This document shows positions 10,471-20,761 of a stretch of 64,000 nucleotides of DNA, in pieces (position 1 is the first letter of the stretch; every line of letters begins with the position of its first letter). Made by a program: the position numbers and the translations under genes. Where the stretch lies: NCBI GenBank assembly GCA_965215885.1, contig CBDCEW010000101.1, forward strand, positions 115,569-179,568. The letters run 5' to 3'. The notes beneath the pieces were generated by a model. It was not told where the DNA came from. It worked only from the letters and a program-made list of their open reading frames with translations, and did no database searches. The DNA comes from Candidatus Moanibacter sp. Its GTDB lineage: Bacteria > Verrucomicrobiota > Verrucomicrobiia > Opitutales > UBA2987.

Positions 10471-10881
10471 CGGTTGGTCCTGCTCGAGGAGAAAAGATGA
10501 AGGCATATGGCGGAAATGATGATGAAGATTTGACAGGTGTCGATGGGGTTTCGGGTGACGAGTGGTTTCAGGGGCTTCTTTGTCGAACTCCAGGTCTACT
10601 GAAACGGCGGCAATTTCCCGGAACCTGTTTTTCAAATCGCTTCTGCTCAGATACCGGATCCCGTCTCCTTTATCGTCAATCGACGATAAACGATTCTGTG
10701 CGATTGGTTTGTTCAGGATGGGATCCGAACGACGAAGTTGTCCGGCTACTGTCGAGTCCCGACACCCGAAACCCTTGAATCCATGGCATCTTCTTATCCG
10801 GACTCGACATCGGCGCCGTGATCTGAAACCTGAATCCGGAAATCCTTTTCGAATAGGTTCCATATTGAATGTTCAGCTAAA

Positions 10882-13473
10882 ATGACCGGTAACCTTCACA
10901 ACAGCTGGCCGGTTCTGAAGTCCTACGATCAGGAGCATCTTGATCGCATTGCGATGCCGATCGGAGGGATCGGAACCGGGACGATAAGCCTGGGCGGGCG
11001 GGGCGACTTGCGTGACTGGGAGATCATGAACCGTCCGGCGAAGGGATTTATTCCGTGTTGGCCGTTGAGTCACGGGAACCGGGCGCGGATTGGGCCTTTC
11101 TTCGCCCTCTATGCGAAGCCAAGCACCGGCGATGCGGTTGCACGGTTGCTCGAAGGCCCGTTGCCGATTGAGGCCTACGAGGGCCAGATGGGCGCGACAG
11201 GTCCCAACCACGGCCTGCCGCGGTTTCGGAATTGCCGGTTTTCGGCGGCCTATCCTCTCGCCCAGGTATCCCTGGACGATCCGGCTGTTCCCCTTGTTGC
11301 GAGGATGGAAGCGTTTAATCCGATGGTCCCGGGCGATGCCGAGGCGAGTGGTTTACCGGTCGCGGTCCTCCGTATTGTCCTGACCAACAAGACGAAGCTT
11401 CCGGTTCAGACCTCAGTTTGCGGATCGCTCCCGAACTTTATCGGTTTTGAGTCTGGTAGTGAGATGGAAGAAGCTCCGGGAAAGGAGCGCCGCGTACGTT
11501 TTCGTGTCGGTAAATCGGTCCGTGGTCTTTTCTACGATGCCCCGGGTGTGGAGGGCAGAAGAGAATCCTTGGGCACGATGGCGTTGGCGACGACGGCACG
11601 AATCGGCATTTCGCACCGCACTTCTTGGATCGAAGCGCACTGGAGCCGGGCATCACTTGATTTTTGGGATGATTTCAGCACTGACGGCAAACTCGAGCCA
11701 CGTAAGGGGTCCGGCCAGACGGAGCCGATGGGATCTCTCGGGGTCTCTCTCCGCGTGCCACCGGGAGCGGCGCGTGCCGTGACGTTTTTGATCACCTGGC
11801 ATTTTCCCAATCGATTCGCGTGGGCGCCGCAGACCGAGAAACCCTGCTGCGGCGATTCGGGCTCCCGAGGCCGCGGCACGGTTGAAGAGGCCGGGGAGGG
11901 AAACTGGTATTGCACCCGCTACAAGGACGCCTGGAACGCCGCGGCTGAGATCGCACCCCGTTTGCCGCAGCTGGAACGGGCCACGGTAGCGTTTGTGAAA
12001 GCCTTTTGTAGCTCTGATTTGCCTGAACCGGTGAAAGAGGCCGCCCTTTTCAACACTTCGACGCTCCGCACGGAGACCTGCTTTCGCACACGTGAAGGAC
12101 ATTTCCTGGCGTGGGAAGGTTGCCGGGACGAAGAGGGTTGCTGCCATGGCTCTTGCACGCACGTTTGGAATTATGAGCACGCGACGGCGCATCTATTCGG
12201 CGACTTGAGCCGGTCCATGCGCGAAACCGAGTTTCTGCACGCTACTGACGAAGAGGGCAAGATGGCTTTCCGGGTCGACTTGCCTCTGCCGGAGCGCCAG
12301 ACCGAAGGGCCCGCCGCGGCGGATGGACAGATGGGCTGTTTGCTCAAACTCTACCGGGACTGGCAACTGTCCGGGGACGACGAATTTCTGCGCGCCCTCT
12401 GGCCGCATGCGCGCCGGGCGCTCGAGTTCTGCTGGGTCAAAGGGGGATGGGATGCCGATCGCGACGGCGTCATGGAAGGCTGCCAGCACAACACCATGGA
12501 CGTGGAGTACTTCGGGCCGAATCCGCAGATGACGGGATGGTACCTGGGCGCTTTGCGGGCGGCTGAGGAAATGGCCTGCTTCCTCGGCGAAGACGCGTTC
12601 GCCGACACCTGCCGATCTCTCTTTGAACGCGGAAGCGAGTGGATGGATGAGTATCTCTTCAACGGTGACTACTACGAGCACCAGGTGCGGGTGCTGCGGC
12701 GATGGAGCGACGTCCACCCCGCACTGCGGCTGAATATGGGTTCGAGTAAGCTGAAGAATCCCGATCTTCAACTCGGCCCGGGTTGCCTCGTCGATCAGCT
12801 GGTGGGACAATACACCGCACACCTTTGCGGCCTCGGCTACCTGCACGAAAAAGCAAAGGTGAGGAAAACCCTTCGCAGCGTTCTGCGCTTCAACCGGTGC
12901 ACGAATTTTGGCTCACATTTTAACAACATGCGCAGCTACGTGCTCGGCGTTGAGACGGGGTTGCTGATGGCGGCTTATCCCCCAGGGAAACGTCCCAGGT
13001 TTCCGTTTCCCTACTTTTCCGAGGTGATGACCGGGTTCGAATATACCGCAGCGGTCGGCATGATCTACGAAGGACTGAAGGGGCTCGGACTCAAGGTGAT
13101 CGGAGACATCAGGGACCGCTATGACGGGAGAAAACGCAATCCGTTCGACGAGGCGGAGTGCGGTCACCACTACGGCCGGGCCATGGCTTCGTGGTCGGCT
13201 GTCCTCGCATTTACCGGTTTCCACTACAGCGCCGTTCAGGGAACGATGACCTTCGCGCCATCGGAGAAACCTGTCACCTGGTTCTGGTCGAACGGGTACG
13301 CCTGGGGAACCTTCTCCCAAGAAAAGAAGCGCGGGGGCGTCGCCGTGGAATTACTGGTGCTTTACGGAAGGCTGGAACTGGCGAGATTAGCGCTCACCGG
13401 CATCGGTCAGATCGAATTTCCGAGGCGCCGGGTATTCCGCAAAGGACGAGGCTTGAAATGTGTCATTTCGTGA
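10882..13473 (+). CDS. GH116 glycosidase (non-lysosomal glucosylceramidase-like)
   Basis: MPIGGIGTG, GSCTHVWNY, AADGQMG, QHNTMDVE, GCLVDQLVGQ, EVMTGFEY, ECGHHYGRAM. Confidence 0.9.
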   Translation: MTGNLHNSWPVLKSYDQEHLDRIAMPIGGIGTGTISLGGRGDLRDWEIMNRPAKGFIPCWPLSHGNRARIGPFFALYAKPSTGDAVARLLEGPLPIEAYEGQMGATGPNHGLPRFRNCRFSAAYPLAQVSLDDPAVPLVARMEAFNPMVPGDAEASGLPVAVLRIVLTNKTKLPVQTSVCGSLPNFIGFESGSEMEEAPGKERRVRFRVGKSVRGLFYDAPGVEGRRESLGTMALATTARIGISHRTSWIEAHWSRASLDFWDDFSTDGKLEPRKGSGQTEPMGSLGVSLRVPPGAARAVTFLITWHFPNRFAWAPQTEKPCCGDSGSRGRGTVEEAGEGNWYCTRYKDAWNAAAEIAPRLPQLERATVAFVKAFCSSDLPEPVKEAALFNTSTLRTETCFRTREGHFLAWEGCRDEEGCCHGSCTHVWNYEHATAHLFGDLSRSMRETEFLHATDEEGKMAFRVDLPLPERQTEGPAAADGQMGCLLKLYRDWQLSGDDEFLRALWPHARRALEFCWVKGGWDADRDGVMEGCQHNTMDVEYFGPNPQMTGWYLGALRAAEEMACFLGEDAFADTCRSLFERGSEWMDEYLFNGDYYEHQVRVLRRWSDVHPALRLNMGSSKLKNPDLQLGPGCLVDQLVGQYTAHLCGLGYLHEKAKVRKTLRSVLRFNRCTNFGSHFNNMRSYVLGVETGLLMAAYPPGKRPRFPFPYFSEVMTGFEYTAAVGMIYEGLKGLGLKVIGDIRDRYDGRKRNPFDEAECGHHYGRAMASWSAVLAFTGFHYSAVQGTMTFAPSEKPVTWFWSNGYAWGTFSQEKKRGGVAVELLVLYGRLELARLALTGIGQIEFPRRRVFRKGRGLKCVIS

Positions 13474-13630
13474 TGGCGCAGCAGGGTGCGCGACTGATGT
13501 AAAATTTTGGTGTCCATGCGGGTTTATGAGCCATATGTAGGACAAGCGTCCCGCTTGTCTGTGTTTTCGGGGCAAGGGAAAGACCTATATAGCCTCGAGT
13601 CTCCTCTCCCCTGCGGGGTGATATATTCTC

Positions 13631-13800
13631 TCGAAACTTGATCGTAAGCTTCGTCGTAAGCTTACTCGAAAGATCAACCTGAAACGTCGACGGACTTGAC
13701 CCTCCCTGCCGAAACTTAATCGTAAGCCTCGTCGTAAGCTTTGTCGAGAGATCGGGCGAAAACATCGACGAAGTTGACGATTAAGCTTGCGAGGAAATTT
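13631..13800. repeat. Upstream 12-bp-period inverted-arm array
   Basis: Arms 13631-13669 and 13710-13747 (units like tcgtaagcttcg) are each followed after 17 nt by an inverted arm (13687-13700, truncated; 13765-13800). Confidence 0.9.
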
Positions 13801-13865
13801 CCCTGGGGGGAGGAACCTCCTTCTGCTCGCCATCGCCCAATACTCCGTCCTAATCTTCCCGACCA

Positions 13866-14630
13866 GTGAGCGCTACCTTCAATCACGAGAAACTGCTTGT
13901 CTATCAGAAGACGTTGGCATTCTATGGAATAGCAGACACTTTGGTGCAAGATTGGGATTCCAAACGTGCAATCACCGATCATCTCCCAAGAGCAGCACAG
14001 AGCAGCGTTGAAAACCTTGCAAACGCGAGTTCTGCAATCTCTAAGGGATCGAAGTTAAAATCGCTCGACTACAGCTTGGGGTCTACACTCGAGTGCGCAG
14101 CCTGTCTCGACATCGCCGAAGTAAAGCGACTTCTCAACGGAGAAATTGTGGCGCAATACAAAGCGAATCTCGCAGAAATTGTCAGAATGACGATGGGCCT
14201 TCAAGATTCCTGGTCCCAACACATACTACGAGAAGATGGAGTCACGTATGGCGGGGATACAACCTCACGACCGCAGCGGTCGGGGTTTCACCACGAGGAA
14301 CTCGACGTCTACATAGTTGCTCTTGAAGTGATTCGATGGTTCTGCGAATCGGAGTTATCGGCGGGACTCTCGGTCCGCTTATTGCGCAAATTGGATGCGT
14401 TCGCCACCAGCATCGTGCTGAATATAGCGGAAGGTAACGGTCGTTACTCAGAAAGGGATAAGCGAAGTTTTCTCCAGACTGCTCACCAGTCAACGGTCAA
14501 ACTGGCGACTCAGCTGGATCTTTGTATCCTAAAGGGGCTGCTATGTTCAAAGGATGCCGACGTCGGAAAGAACCTGATTGTCAGAGTTGCGAGTATGACC
14601 GCAGCCATGATCAGGAGTAAACGAACCTAA
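13866..14630 (+). CDS. Tandem double four-helix-bundle protein (23S rRNA IVS protein/Avd-like family)
   Basis: Two homologous halves: FNHEKLLVYQK...RAAQSSVENLANA...GSTLECAACLD and FHHEELDVYIV...ATSIVLNIAEGNGR...QSTVKLATQLD, joined by an LREDGVTY linker. Confidence 0.88.
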   Translation: MSATFNHEKLLVYQKTLAFYGIADTLVQDWDSKRAITDHLPRAAQSSVENLANASSAISKGSKLKSLDYSLGSTLECAACLDIAEVKRLLNGEIVAQYKANLAEIVRMTMGLQDSWSQHILREDGVTYGGDTTSRPQRSGFHHEELDVYIVALEVIRWFCESELSAGLSVRLLRKLDAFATSIVLNIAEGNGRYSERDKRSFLQTAHQSTVKLATQLDLCILKGLLCSKDADVGKNLIVRVASMTAAMIRSKRT

Positions 14631-14652
14631 TAGAGAATTGACGGAAAACCGC

Positions 14653-14855
14653 GTCGAAGCTTACGACGAAGGTGCCCTGACGGGGGTAGTAGGGCTCCCT
14701 ATCAAAACTTAATCGTAAGCTGCGTCGTAAGCTTAGTCGAAGACCCAGCCGGAAACATCGATGAAGTTGACGATCAAGCTTACGACGAAGATGCCCAGCC
14801 GGGCGGAAGAGGATCCTCCAAACCTAATCGTAATCTTCGTCGCAAGCTTAGTCGA
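14653..14855. repeat. Downstream 12-bp-period inverted-arm array
   Basis: Alternating arms at 14653-14672 (inverted), 14704-14740, 14758-14792 (inverted, after a 17-nt spacer) and 14819-14855. Confidence 0.9.
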
Positions 14856-14950
14856 ACGATCGCGTGATATTGAATCGAGTGGGGAGAGCGGAAGAAAAAA
14901 GAATTGCAAAGTTTGTGCCTGGACGGGCAGAATCTGTGTAACATTCATCC

Positions 14951-15790
14951 ATGAACCGATTATCACCGGAAGAAATCACCTTTTTTAAACGCGAGGGCTA
15001 CCTGATCAAAAAGGGTGTTCTTGACCCGGATCTGATGGCGCGAGCCCGGGAACGAAAATGGGTGGGCGCACCTGATCGCATGAAGCGGGATGATCCCTCC
15101 ACCTGGTTTGGGCCGTGGAGCACCGAGGAAGAAACCAGCGAAGCGGAGGCTGACTGTAAGCTGGGATACACTTGGAAATATCGCGAACCGGCTGAGGAGG
15201 AATGGCTTGTCCGCATGATGGCGGCAAATCCCGTAATTGTCGGCTGGGTCGAGCAGCTCCTCGGTGAGGGGACTTTCGACGTGAAGGAACGTGTTCGCGG
15301 CATCTATTGCCGTCTACCGATGGGAGATGCACCGGAAAAGCCTCTCGTCTGCCACTGCGATGTTGGACCCGACCGACTGCACGAGACGCTGTTCACGCAA
15401 CTCCTAAACCCCGGCGTCGGCGCCGTGGGACTGATCGCGCCCATCCCACCGAACGGAGGAGCTTTCACCGTCTGGCCGGGAACGCACAGGATAATCTATG
15501 ACCTCATGATAAACACGGAAGGCCTTGCACGGAACGAGGCCTATAAGCAAAGGATTATCGACTTTAACGACGATTATCACGTGGAGGGCTGCGGCGAAGC
15601 GGGCGACGTTCTATTATGGCATCGCCTTCTGGCCCACGCCGCCGGGTGGAACCGATCCGAGGTACTGCAGTTGCGCGAAGCTGTTCTCTGTGATTACCCG
15701 CACCGTGAGAATCCCGACGCGGAAGCGAAGTCCTCTTACGAAGACATGTGGGAGGCATGGTCGGGGGAGGTGCGGAGGGCTGCTGTTTGA
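14951..15790 (+). CDS. PhyH-family Fe(II)/2OG dioxygenase
   Basis: FFKREGYLI, CHCD (HxD), GGAFTVWPGTH, AGDVLLWHRLLAH. Confidence 0.88.
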   Translation: MNRLSPEEITFFKREGYLIKKGVLDPDLMARARERKWVGAPDRMKRDDPSTWFGPWSTEEETSEAEADCKLGYTWKYREPAEEEWLVRMMAANPVIVGWVEQLLGEGTFDVKERVRGIYCRLPMGDAPEKPLVCHCDVGPDRLHETLFTQLLNPGVGAVGLIAPIPPNGGAFTVWPGTHRIIYDLMINTEGLARNEAYKQRIIDFNDDYHVEGCGEAGDVLLWHRLLAHAAGWNRSEVLQLREAVLCDYPHRENPDAEAKSSYEDMWEAWSGEVRRAAV

Positions 15791-16497
15791 TCGCAGTGAG
15801 CAAATCGATTTGAGGAAAGCTTCCTCGTTCTTGGAGCAAGGTGTTCGATCGCTGTCTTATCTGGCGTATTCTGGACCAGGAACGCAGATCCGTCCTCCCC
15901 CCGGTGGCTTCGGCGGGACACGTTTGATGGCGCCCTCCACCGTAGCTCTCCAAATTTCGCGCGCTTTATGCCTTACGGGCTCCTCGCCACCTCGATGAAT
16001 AACTTGGACAACTGATAAGCTATGTCGAAGAAGCTGGGCGTGGCAACCTGTCTCGGCATCTTTTGTCTCGCCGTAGTCTTGACGAAGGCGGAAGTCCCAA
16101 GGACGGCGGCGCATCCAGAGTAAGGCAGGTAGAGCCTTCCCGACTCCTGGATCGCCGCGTCTCCCTTCGGTCGGCTCGCGATGACAGTGTGCTGTCTTTC
16201 AATTGTCGGAGGAACACGGGCCTCTTTCCCCTCGGCCGCGAGTTCGGGGCCGAACGGCACAGGGCTAACGGCGAAACCGATTTGTAGCCCGCTTATTGTG
16301 TGAAATAGGTGGGCTAGCATTGAGCAAGCTTCTCACTCCTCGCGTCGAAACAGAAGCCGCAACATATTGCGACTTTAGTGGATTGCCAGCAACCGCGTTA
16401 GCTGTATGTAATTAATCTAGGCTAAAGTGTTGACCGGAAGTGGGTCGGCGTGTCCCAAAAGAGGCCCGCGAGGTAGAGAAGAGGATGGGGTTTTGAT

Positions 16498-16905
16498 ATG
16501 AGTAGAACTGCGAAGATATCGCTTGTGAGTTACCCGACGCTTCCGTCTGACCTGCCGGACAGACTCTCGAAAACTCTAGAGCGAATGGGAGAGCACGTCG
16601 ACCATGCGGCGGCGCTCGAGAGCGATCTCGTGGCGTTCCCTGAAATCTGCAATACACTCGGGGCTTCCGACGCCTGGCAGTTCGAACCGCTCGACGGGCC
16701 GACGATCACTACCATAGGAAAAAAGGCGAAGGCTCACGGCATCTATATCGTTTGTCCAATGGGCACTTTCGATTCGGAGGGCAGAAAACGAAATAGCTCC
16801 GTTCTTATCGGGCGGGATGGCGGGCATTTCTTTCGCTACTGGCTTCCGGACCTGGCGTTGTTTGACGCATTGGAGATGCTCAAGGATCCCCAACCGCCGC
16901 TTTAG
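16498..16905 (+). pseudogene. Truncated carbon-nitrogen hydrolase (nitrilase family)
   Basis: DLVAFPE, EPLDGPT and RNSSVLIGRDG are present. Similarity stops near 16825, before the catalytic Lys and Cys motifs. Confidence 0.8.
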
Positions 16906-18359
16906 CCCGCGTTGTCGATGAGATGTTCGACTCTCGACCTTGAAAAGACTTTCTTCTCGTCGGCATATCGGCCGCAAATCCCGAGTTGTCCCGAACCTGT
17001 AACCACTTCATTGAAGCCATCCCGGGTCGGGTCGACGTAGCGAGAAAACCATTTTATCAAGCGCTGATGCATCTCGTTTTCCATCGTCTGCCACTCGGGA
17101 TTCCCGGCGAGATTGATTTGCTCTGCAGGGTCATTCTTGAGGTCATACAATTCGTTCGGACCGTACGAGCGCCGATGGACATACTTCCATTCCCTGGTTC
17201 GTGCCATTCGAACGAGGCCGTATTCGTCAAACACAGCGATCTGATCGTGGCTGTCATTTGAATCACCCCGCCATACGCCAGCAAAACTCTTTCCCGGGAG
17301 GGCGTCATCTTGTGGGGTATCGATACCAAGATAGTCGAGGAGCGTTGGCATGAAGTCATACTGACTCATCAAATCACCGTTTACCATTCCTTGTGGAATG
17401 CTTCCGGGCCGCGAGACGATAAACGGAACCTTGATTGACTCCTCAAACATATTCAAAGGGAACGTGGCATTGCCTTTCCCATATACACCATGGTGTCCCA
17501 TATTCATTCCGTTATCGCTGGTAAAGATGATCATGGTGTCCTTACGCAGATTGTTTGCCTCAAGCCAATCGATCAACCTGCCAATGTTGCGATCCATTTC
17601 CGCTACCGCTGCGTAATAGCCGCTCAGGTGGCCGCGACGCTTTTCAGCACTCCGGACCGGAATGCTCACATATTGGATCCATTCGGGCGGCGTTTGCTTG
17701 TCGGGAACCGACTCAAAAGAGCAATCATTGTAATAACGGTCATACAAGTCGGGTGGATGGTTCTCACGCGACCATGGCGAATGAGGTGCAGTATAGTGAA
17801 CACTCATGTAGAAAGGAAATTCATTAGTTTTCTGTGTCTCCAGCCAGCGAAGCGCATTGTCGGTAATCACGTCAGTAACGTAATCGGGCTCTTCATACAC
17901 TGCACCATTTCTTATCATGGGAGCATTATAATAGGGACCCCCGCCTTTGGCGTGGACTTCCCAAAATTCGAATCCTTTCTGTGGATGGTGAGAATCCCCC
18001 AGATGCCATTTCCCGCTAATTCCGCAGCAATAGCCGGAATCAGAGAGAATTTCTGTGTAACAGGTTTGATCTTTTAGATACTCAATTAATTCACCATTCC
18101 GCGACGGTTCATATTTGGCGATTGTGTCACCCGCTGCGATCCAGTCGTGGACACCGTGTTGCGAGGGAATTTTCCCCGTAAGCAATGAGGCCCGTGCAGG
18201 TGAGCATACAGGGGATGTGCAGAAGAAATTCTCGAACCTCAGCCCCGTCTCAGCAAGGCGATCAAGGTTCGGAGTTTCGATTTCATCATTGCCGGCACAT
18301 CGCATAGCCCAGGGACCTTGATCATCAGACAGGAGGAAGAGAATGTTTGGGCGCTTCAC
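16902..18359 (-). CDS. Formylglycine-dependent sulfatase
   Basis: RPNILFLLSDDQG, CSPARASLLTG, GKWHLG, TSDNG. The GTG start at 18359 overlaps the upstream TGA (GTGA). Confidence 0.92.
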   Translation of the reverse strand: MKRPNILFLLSDDQGPWAMRCAGNDEIETPNLDRLAETGLRFENFFCTSPVCSPARASLLTGKIPSQHGVHDWIAAGDTIAKYEPSRNGELIEYLKDQTCYTEILSDSGYCCGISGKWHLGDSHHPQKGFEFWEVHAKGGGPYYNAPMIRNGAVYEEPDYVTDVITDNALRWLETQKTNEFPFYMSVHYTAPHSPWSRENHPPDLYDRYYNDCSFESVPDKQTPPEWIQYVSIPVRSAEKRRGHLSGYYAAVAEMDRNIGRLIDWLEANNLRKDTMIIFTSDNGMNMGHHGVYGKGNATFPLNMFEESIKVPFIVSRPGSIPQGMVNGDLMSQYDFMPTLLDYLGIDTPQDDALPGKSFAGVWRGDSNDSHDQIAVFDEYGLVRMARTREWKYVHRRSYGPNELYDLKNDPAEQINLAGNPEWQTMENEMHQRLIKWFSRYVDPTRDGFNEVVTGSGQLGICGRYADEKKVFSRSRVEHLIDNAG

Positions 18360-19522
18360 TCGAAAAACGGTTCGATCCACTCCTTCGGGATCTCCAGACC
18401 GAACCCCGGGGCATCGCTGGGGCTGACGCGGCCGTTTTTCGGAAAGGGCGTTCCCGGAAGGCGCGGCAGCTCCTCGATGGGAACGCCCGGCGCAGAGCCG
18501 ACGAAATATTCCGCCCACGGCACGGCCGGTGTGGCGATGGAGAAATGCTGGCCGTAGGGATCTTTTGCGCCCGTGTGAAGGATCACTGAAAGCCCTGCGG
18601 CGTCCGCGATATGTGCGATCTTGCGAGCCGTCGAGATACCGCCACACCAATGGAGATCGGGTTGGAATATGTCTACAGCCCGATGATTCGCGGCCCATTG
18701 AAAGGGGACATGGGTGTACCAGTGCTCGCCGGTGGCGAGGGTCTGCCATGGCAGGCGCTCCCGTAGAGCCACGTGGGCGTCCAGATCTTCGGAAATGAGA
18801 CACTCCTCCATCCACTTGAGCCGGTAGGGCCGCAGTGTCTCCGCCAGCCGCACCGTGTACTCCACGTCGAACGCCATCCAGCAATCGAGCATCAGTTCGC
18901 AATCGTCGCCGATCGTCTCACGGGCTTTGGCGACAAGCTCTTCGTTCCGGCGGATGCCGTCGATTCCGTCCACCGGGCCGCAGGGGCAGGCCAGTTTGAA
19001 GGCCTTAAATCCCAATTCCTTGTACCAGTCGAAATCGTTACCCGTCGCGTAGCAAAAGAGATCATCTTTCTGCTTGCCACCGAGGAGCGTGTAGACCGGT
19101 TGCTGCAAGACTCTTGCGCGCGCGTCCCACAGCGCGAGGTCAACCGCGCTGATCGCGTTGGAGGCCAACCCCGGGGTGCCGTAGGGCTTGGTGAGCCGGA
19201 ACATCATGTCGGCCAAACGCTCGGTGGCGAGTCCGTCTTCGCCGACCAATTGCGGAGCCAGATGATCCTCGATGATTGCCGCCGTGACGCGCCCGCCCCC
19301 GGTGCTGCCGAGACCCCAAGTGCCGTCCTCAAGGGTCACCCGGCACCAGACCCCCTCCCATTTTCTTGGCATCCAGAGTCCGCGGTGTCGCTTGACTTTC
19401 GGGTAGCGGGACATCGGGTTGGCCACTTCGGCGGTTTCGGCCCAACCGGATCGCCGGGCCGGAGTCTTCGGTTCAGAGTGCGGAGCGTTTACGCGCACGG
19501 TGCTGATTTCGGTGATTCTCAT
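18356..19522 (-). CDS. rhmD: L-rhamnonate dehydratase-like sugar-acid dehydratase (enolase superfamily)
   Basis: VANPMSRYP, AISAVDLALWD, LMLDCWM, LKWMEE, ATGEH, QPDLHWCGG. Confidence 0.8.
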   Translation of the reverse strand: MRITEISTVRVNAPHSEPKTPARRSGWAETAEVANPMSRYPKVKRHRGLWMPRKWEGVWCRVTLEDGTWGLGSTGGGRVTAAIIEDHLAPQLVGEDGLATERLADMMFRLTKPYGTPGLASNAISAVDLALWDARARVLQQPVYTLLGGKQKDDLFCYATGNDFDWYKELGFKAFKLACPCGPVDGIDGIRRNEELVAKARETIGDDCELMLDCWMAFDVEYTVRLAETLRPYRLKWMEECLISEDLDAHVALRERLPWQTLATGEHWYTHVPFQWAANHRAVDIFQPDLHWCGGISTARKIAHIADAAGLSVILHTGAKDPYGQHFSIATPAVPWAEYFVGSAPGVPIEELPRLPGTPFPKNGRVSPSDAPGFGLEIPKEWIEPFFE

Positions 19523-19744
19523 GTTCTCGCGATAAAGAGAGTGGGCAACGAATTGAAGAATAGCAATGAATAGAGCAATACCATGGCGTTTGGACTCGAG
19601 GACGAGAACGAGACTTCTACTCGATCCACCCCGGTTCTGCCCGGCGCATGCGCGTAAACCAAAGAGTTAGCCCGCTGATGCAGTAGCCATACCACTGTTC
19701 CTTGCGGTGATCGAGCGATTGAGGACGAAAGCTCAATCCATTCT

Positions 19745-19942
19745 TTATTCGATTAGCGTGGCGACGGTCACTGACGAGCACAGTGGGATGGGGCAAAGCC
19801 CGCGCAAGCCTCCGTTCACCAGCAGCTCCGCCAACTGGAAGGCATGGTCTTCCCTTAGGCCTGCCGTTTTTAAGCAATCTTCCGCGAAGTGAGTGAGGTT
19901 TTCGCAACGGATGCGTTTGAAATCCTTTGGTGGAAGGTTCAT
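19745..19942 (-). pseudogene. N-terminal fragment of an Ldh_2 (malate/L-lactate dehydrogenase-like) protein
   Basis: LTHFAEDCLKTAGLREDHAFQLAELLVNGGLRG resembles the Ldh_2 start up to the DLRG..SHG motif, then similarity ends. Confidence 0.6.
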
Positions 19943-20065
19943 CAGCTTGAGATGTGATGTCAGTCTTTGGTTTTCGACGGTTTCTGTGTAGATGAATCAC
20001 GCAGGAAAGTTATTAGCAAATAGTTAAGTAGTAGCTGAATCATGGTCACAAAGGACACTGAGAAG

Positions 20066-20280
20066 CCTGGCGCAGCGAAGCCGCAACCAAAAAAGAAGAA
20101 GAGAACCGCAGATGCACGCAGATGGACGCGAATGAGGAAGAAAACTCCTACTTCCCTTGGAAACCTCGTCGCGAACCTTGTCGACTGCATTTCCTTTTCG
20201 TTTTCCTTTGTTTCTATCGACGCGCGGGATTCAACTCTCCGTGGTCCTCTGTGCTTCTCGGTGATCTCTGTGGCCCCTCT
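20066..20280. repeat. Composite repeat block: inverted copies of the 5463-5629 and 7257-7307 repeats side by side
   Basis: Direct sequence comparison; contains aaccgcagatgcacgcagatggacgcgaatg (9-bp period). Confidence 0.85.
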
Positions 20281-20761
20281 TCAGTCGGTCGAAGTTTCAG
20301 TTTGGGACGCGGGATTGACGTCAAGCAGGATAAGACCTACGACAATCAGCCAGTGAAGACGCTGGACGAGCACAAGGAGGAATTCAAAACACAGGCGTCT
20401 CCCATGGCTTCTCGGCATTGATGATCTTATGTTTCGTCGGGCCAATTACGGATATTACCGGACCGATGAGGAGATGTGGCATCAGTGGGCCAACACTTTG
20501 CGTATCCTTTCCTCCCGGTGGCTTCCTAATCTTACAATCGCCTGCACCTTAGTATTCGAGTTCGGTAAATACTGTGGTGTATGTCAGAGCGCCATTGGGG
20601 GTAGTGTAAGGCGCGCCAACGAGTTGACAGGCTCCCAATTAAACTTTGGGGATATTCTTGACCTTCTCTGTTGACCAGGTCGGGTGTATGAAGATTATAA
20701 TAGGGTGAAAATACTCATTCACATATATTTTGATACCCATTAACCCCGCATAAAGGTTGAT

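Noticed and set aside
10471..10863. N-terminal extension of the first sulfatase (likewise 18360-18902 and 41771-41929 for their genes)
   Set aside because: Open-frame run-ons upstream of better start codons, without family similarity; two of them overlap neighbouring genes.
13463..13833. Short ORFs with TKLTTKL-type repeats (also 14733-14988 and 3307-3609)
   Set aside because: These are translations of the 12-bp and 6-bp DNA arrays, which stay open easily because their period is a multiple of 3.
13866..14630. Diversity-generating retroelement or 23S rRNA intervening sequence
   Set aside because: No reverse transcriptase, TR/VR pair or rRNA sequence was seen in the window.
13631..14855. CRISPR array
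   Set aside because: The arms are degenerate, internally periodic and alternate in orientation; the spacers resemble each other; no cas genes are present.
20330..20674. Possible gene remnant
   Set aside because: Looks coding, but I cannot assign a family.
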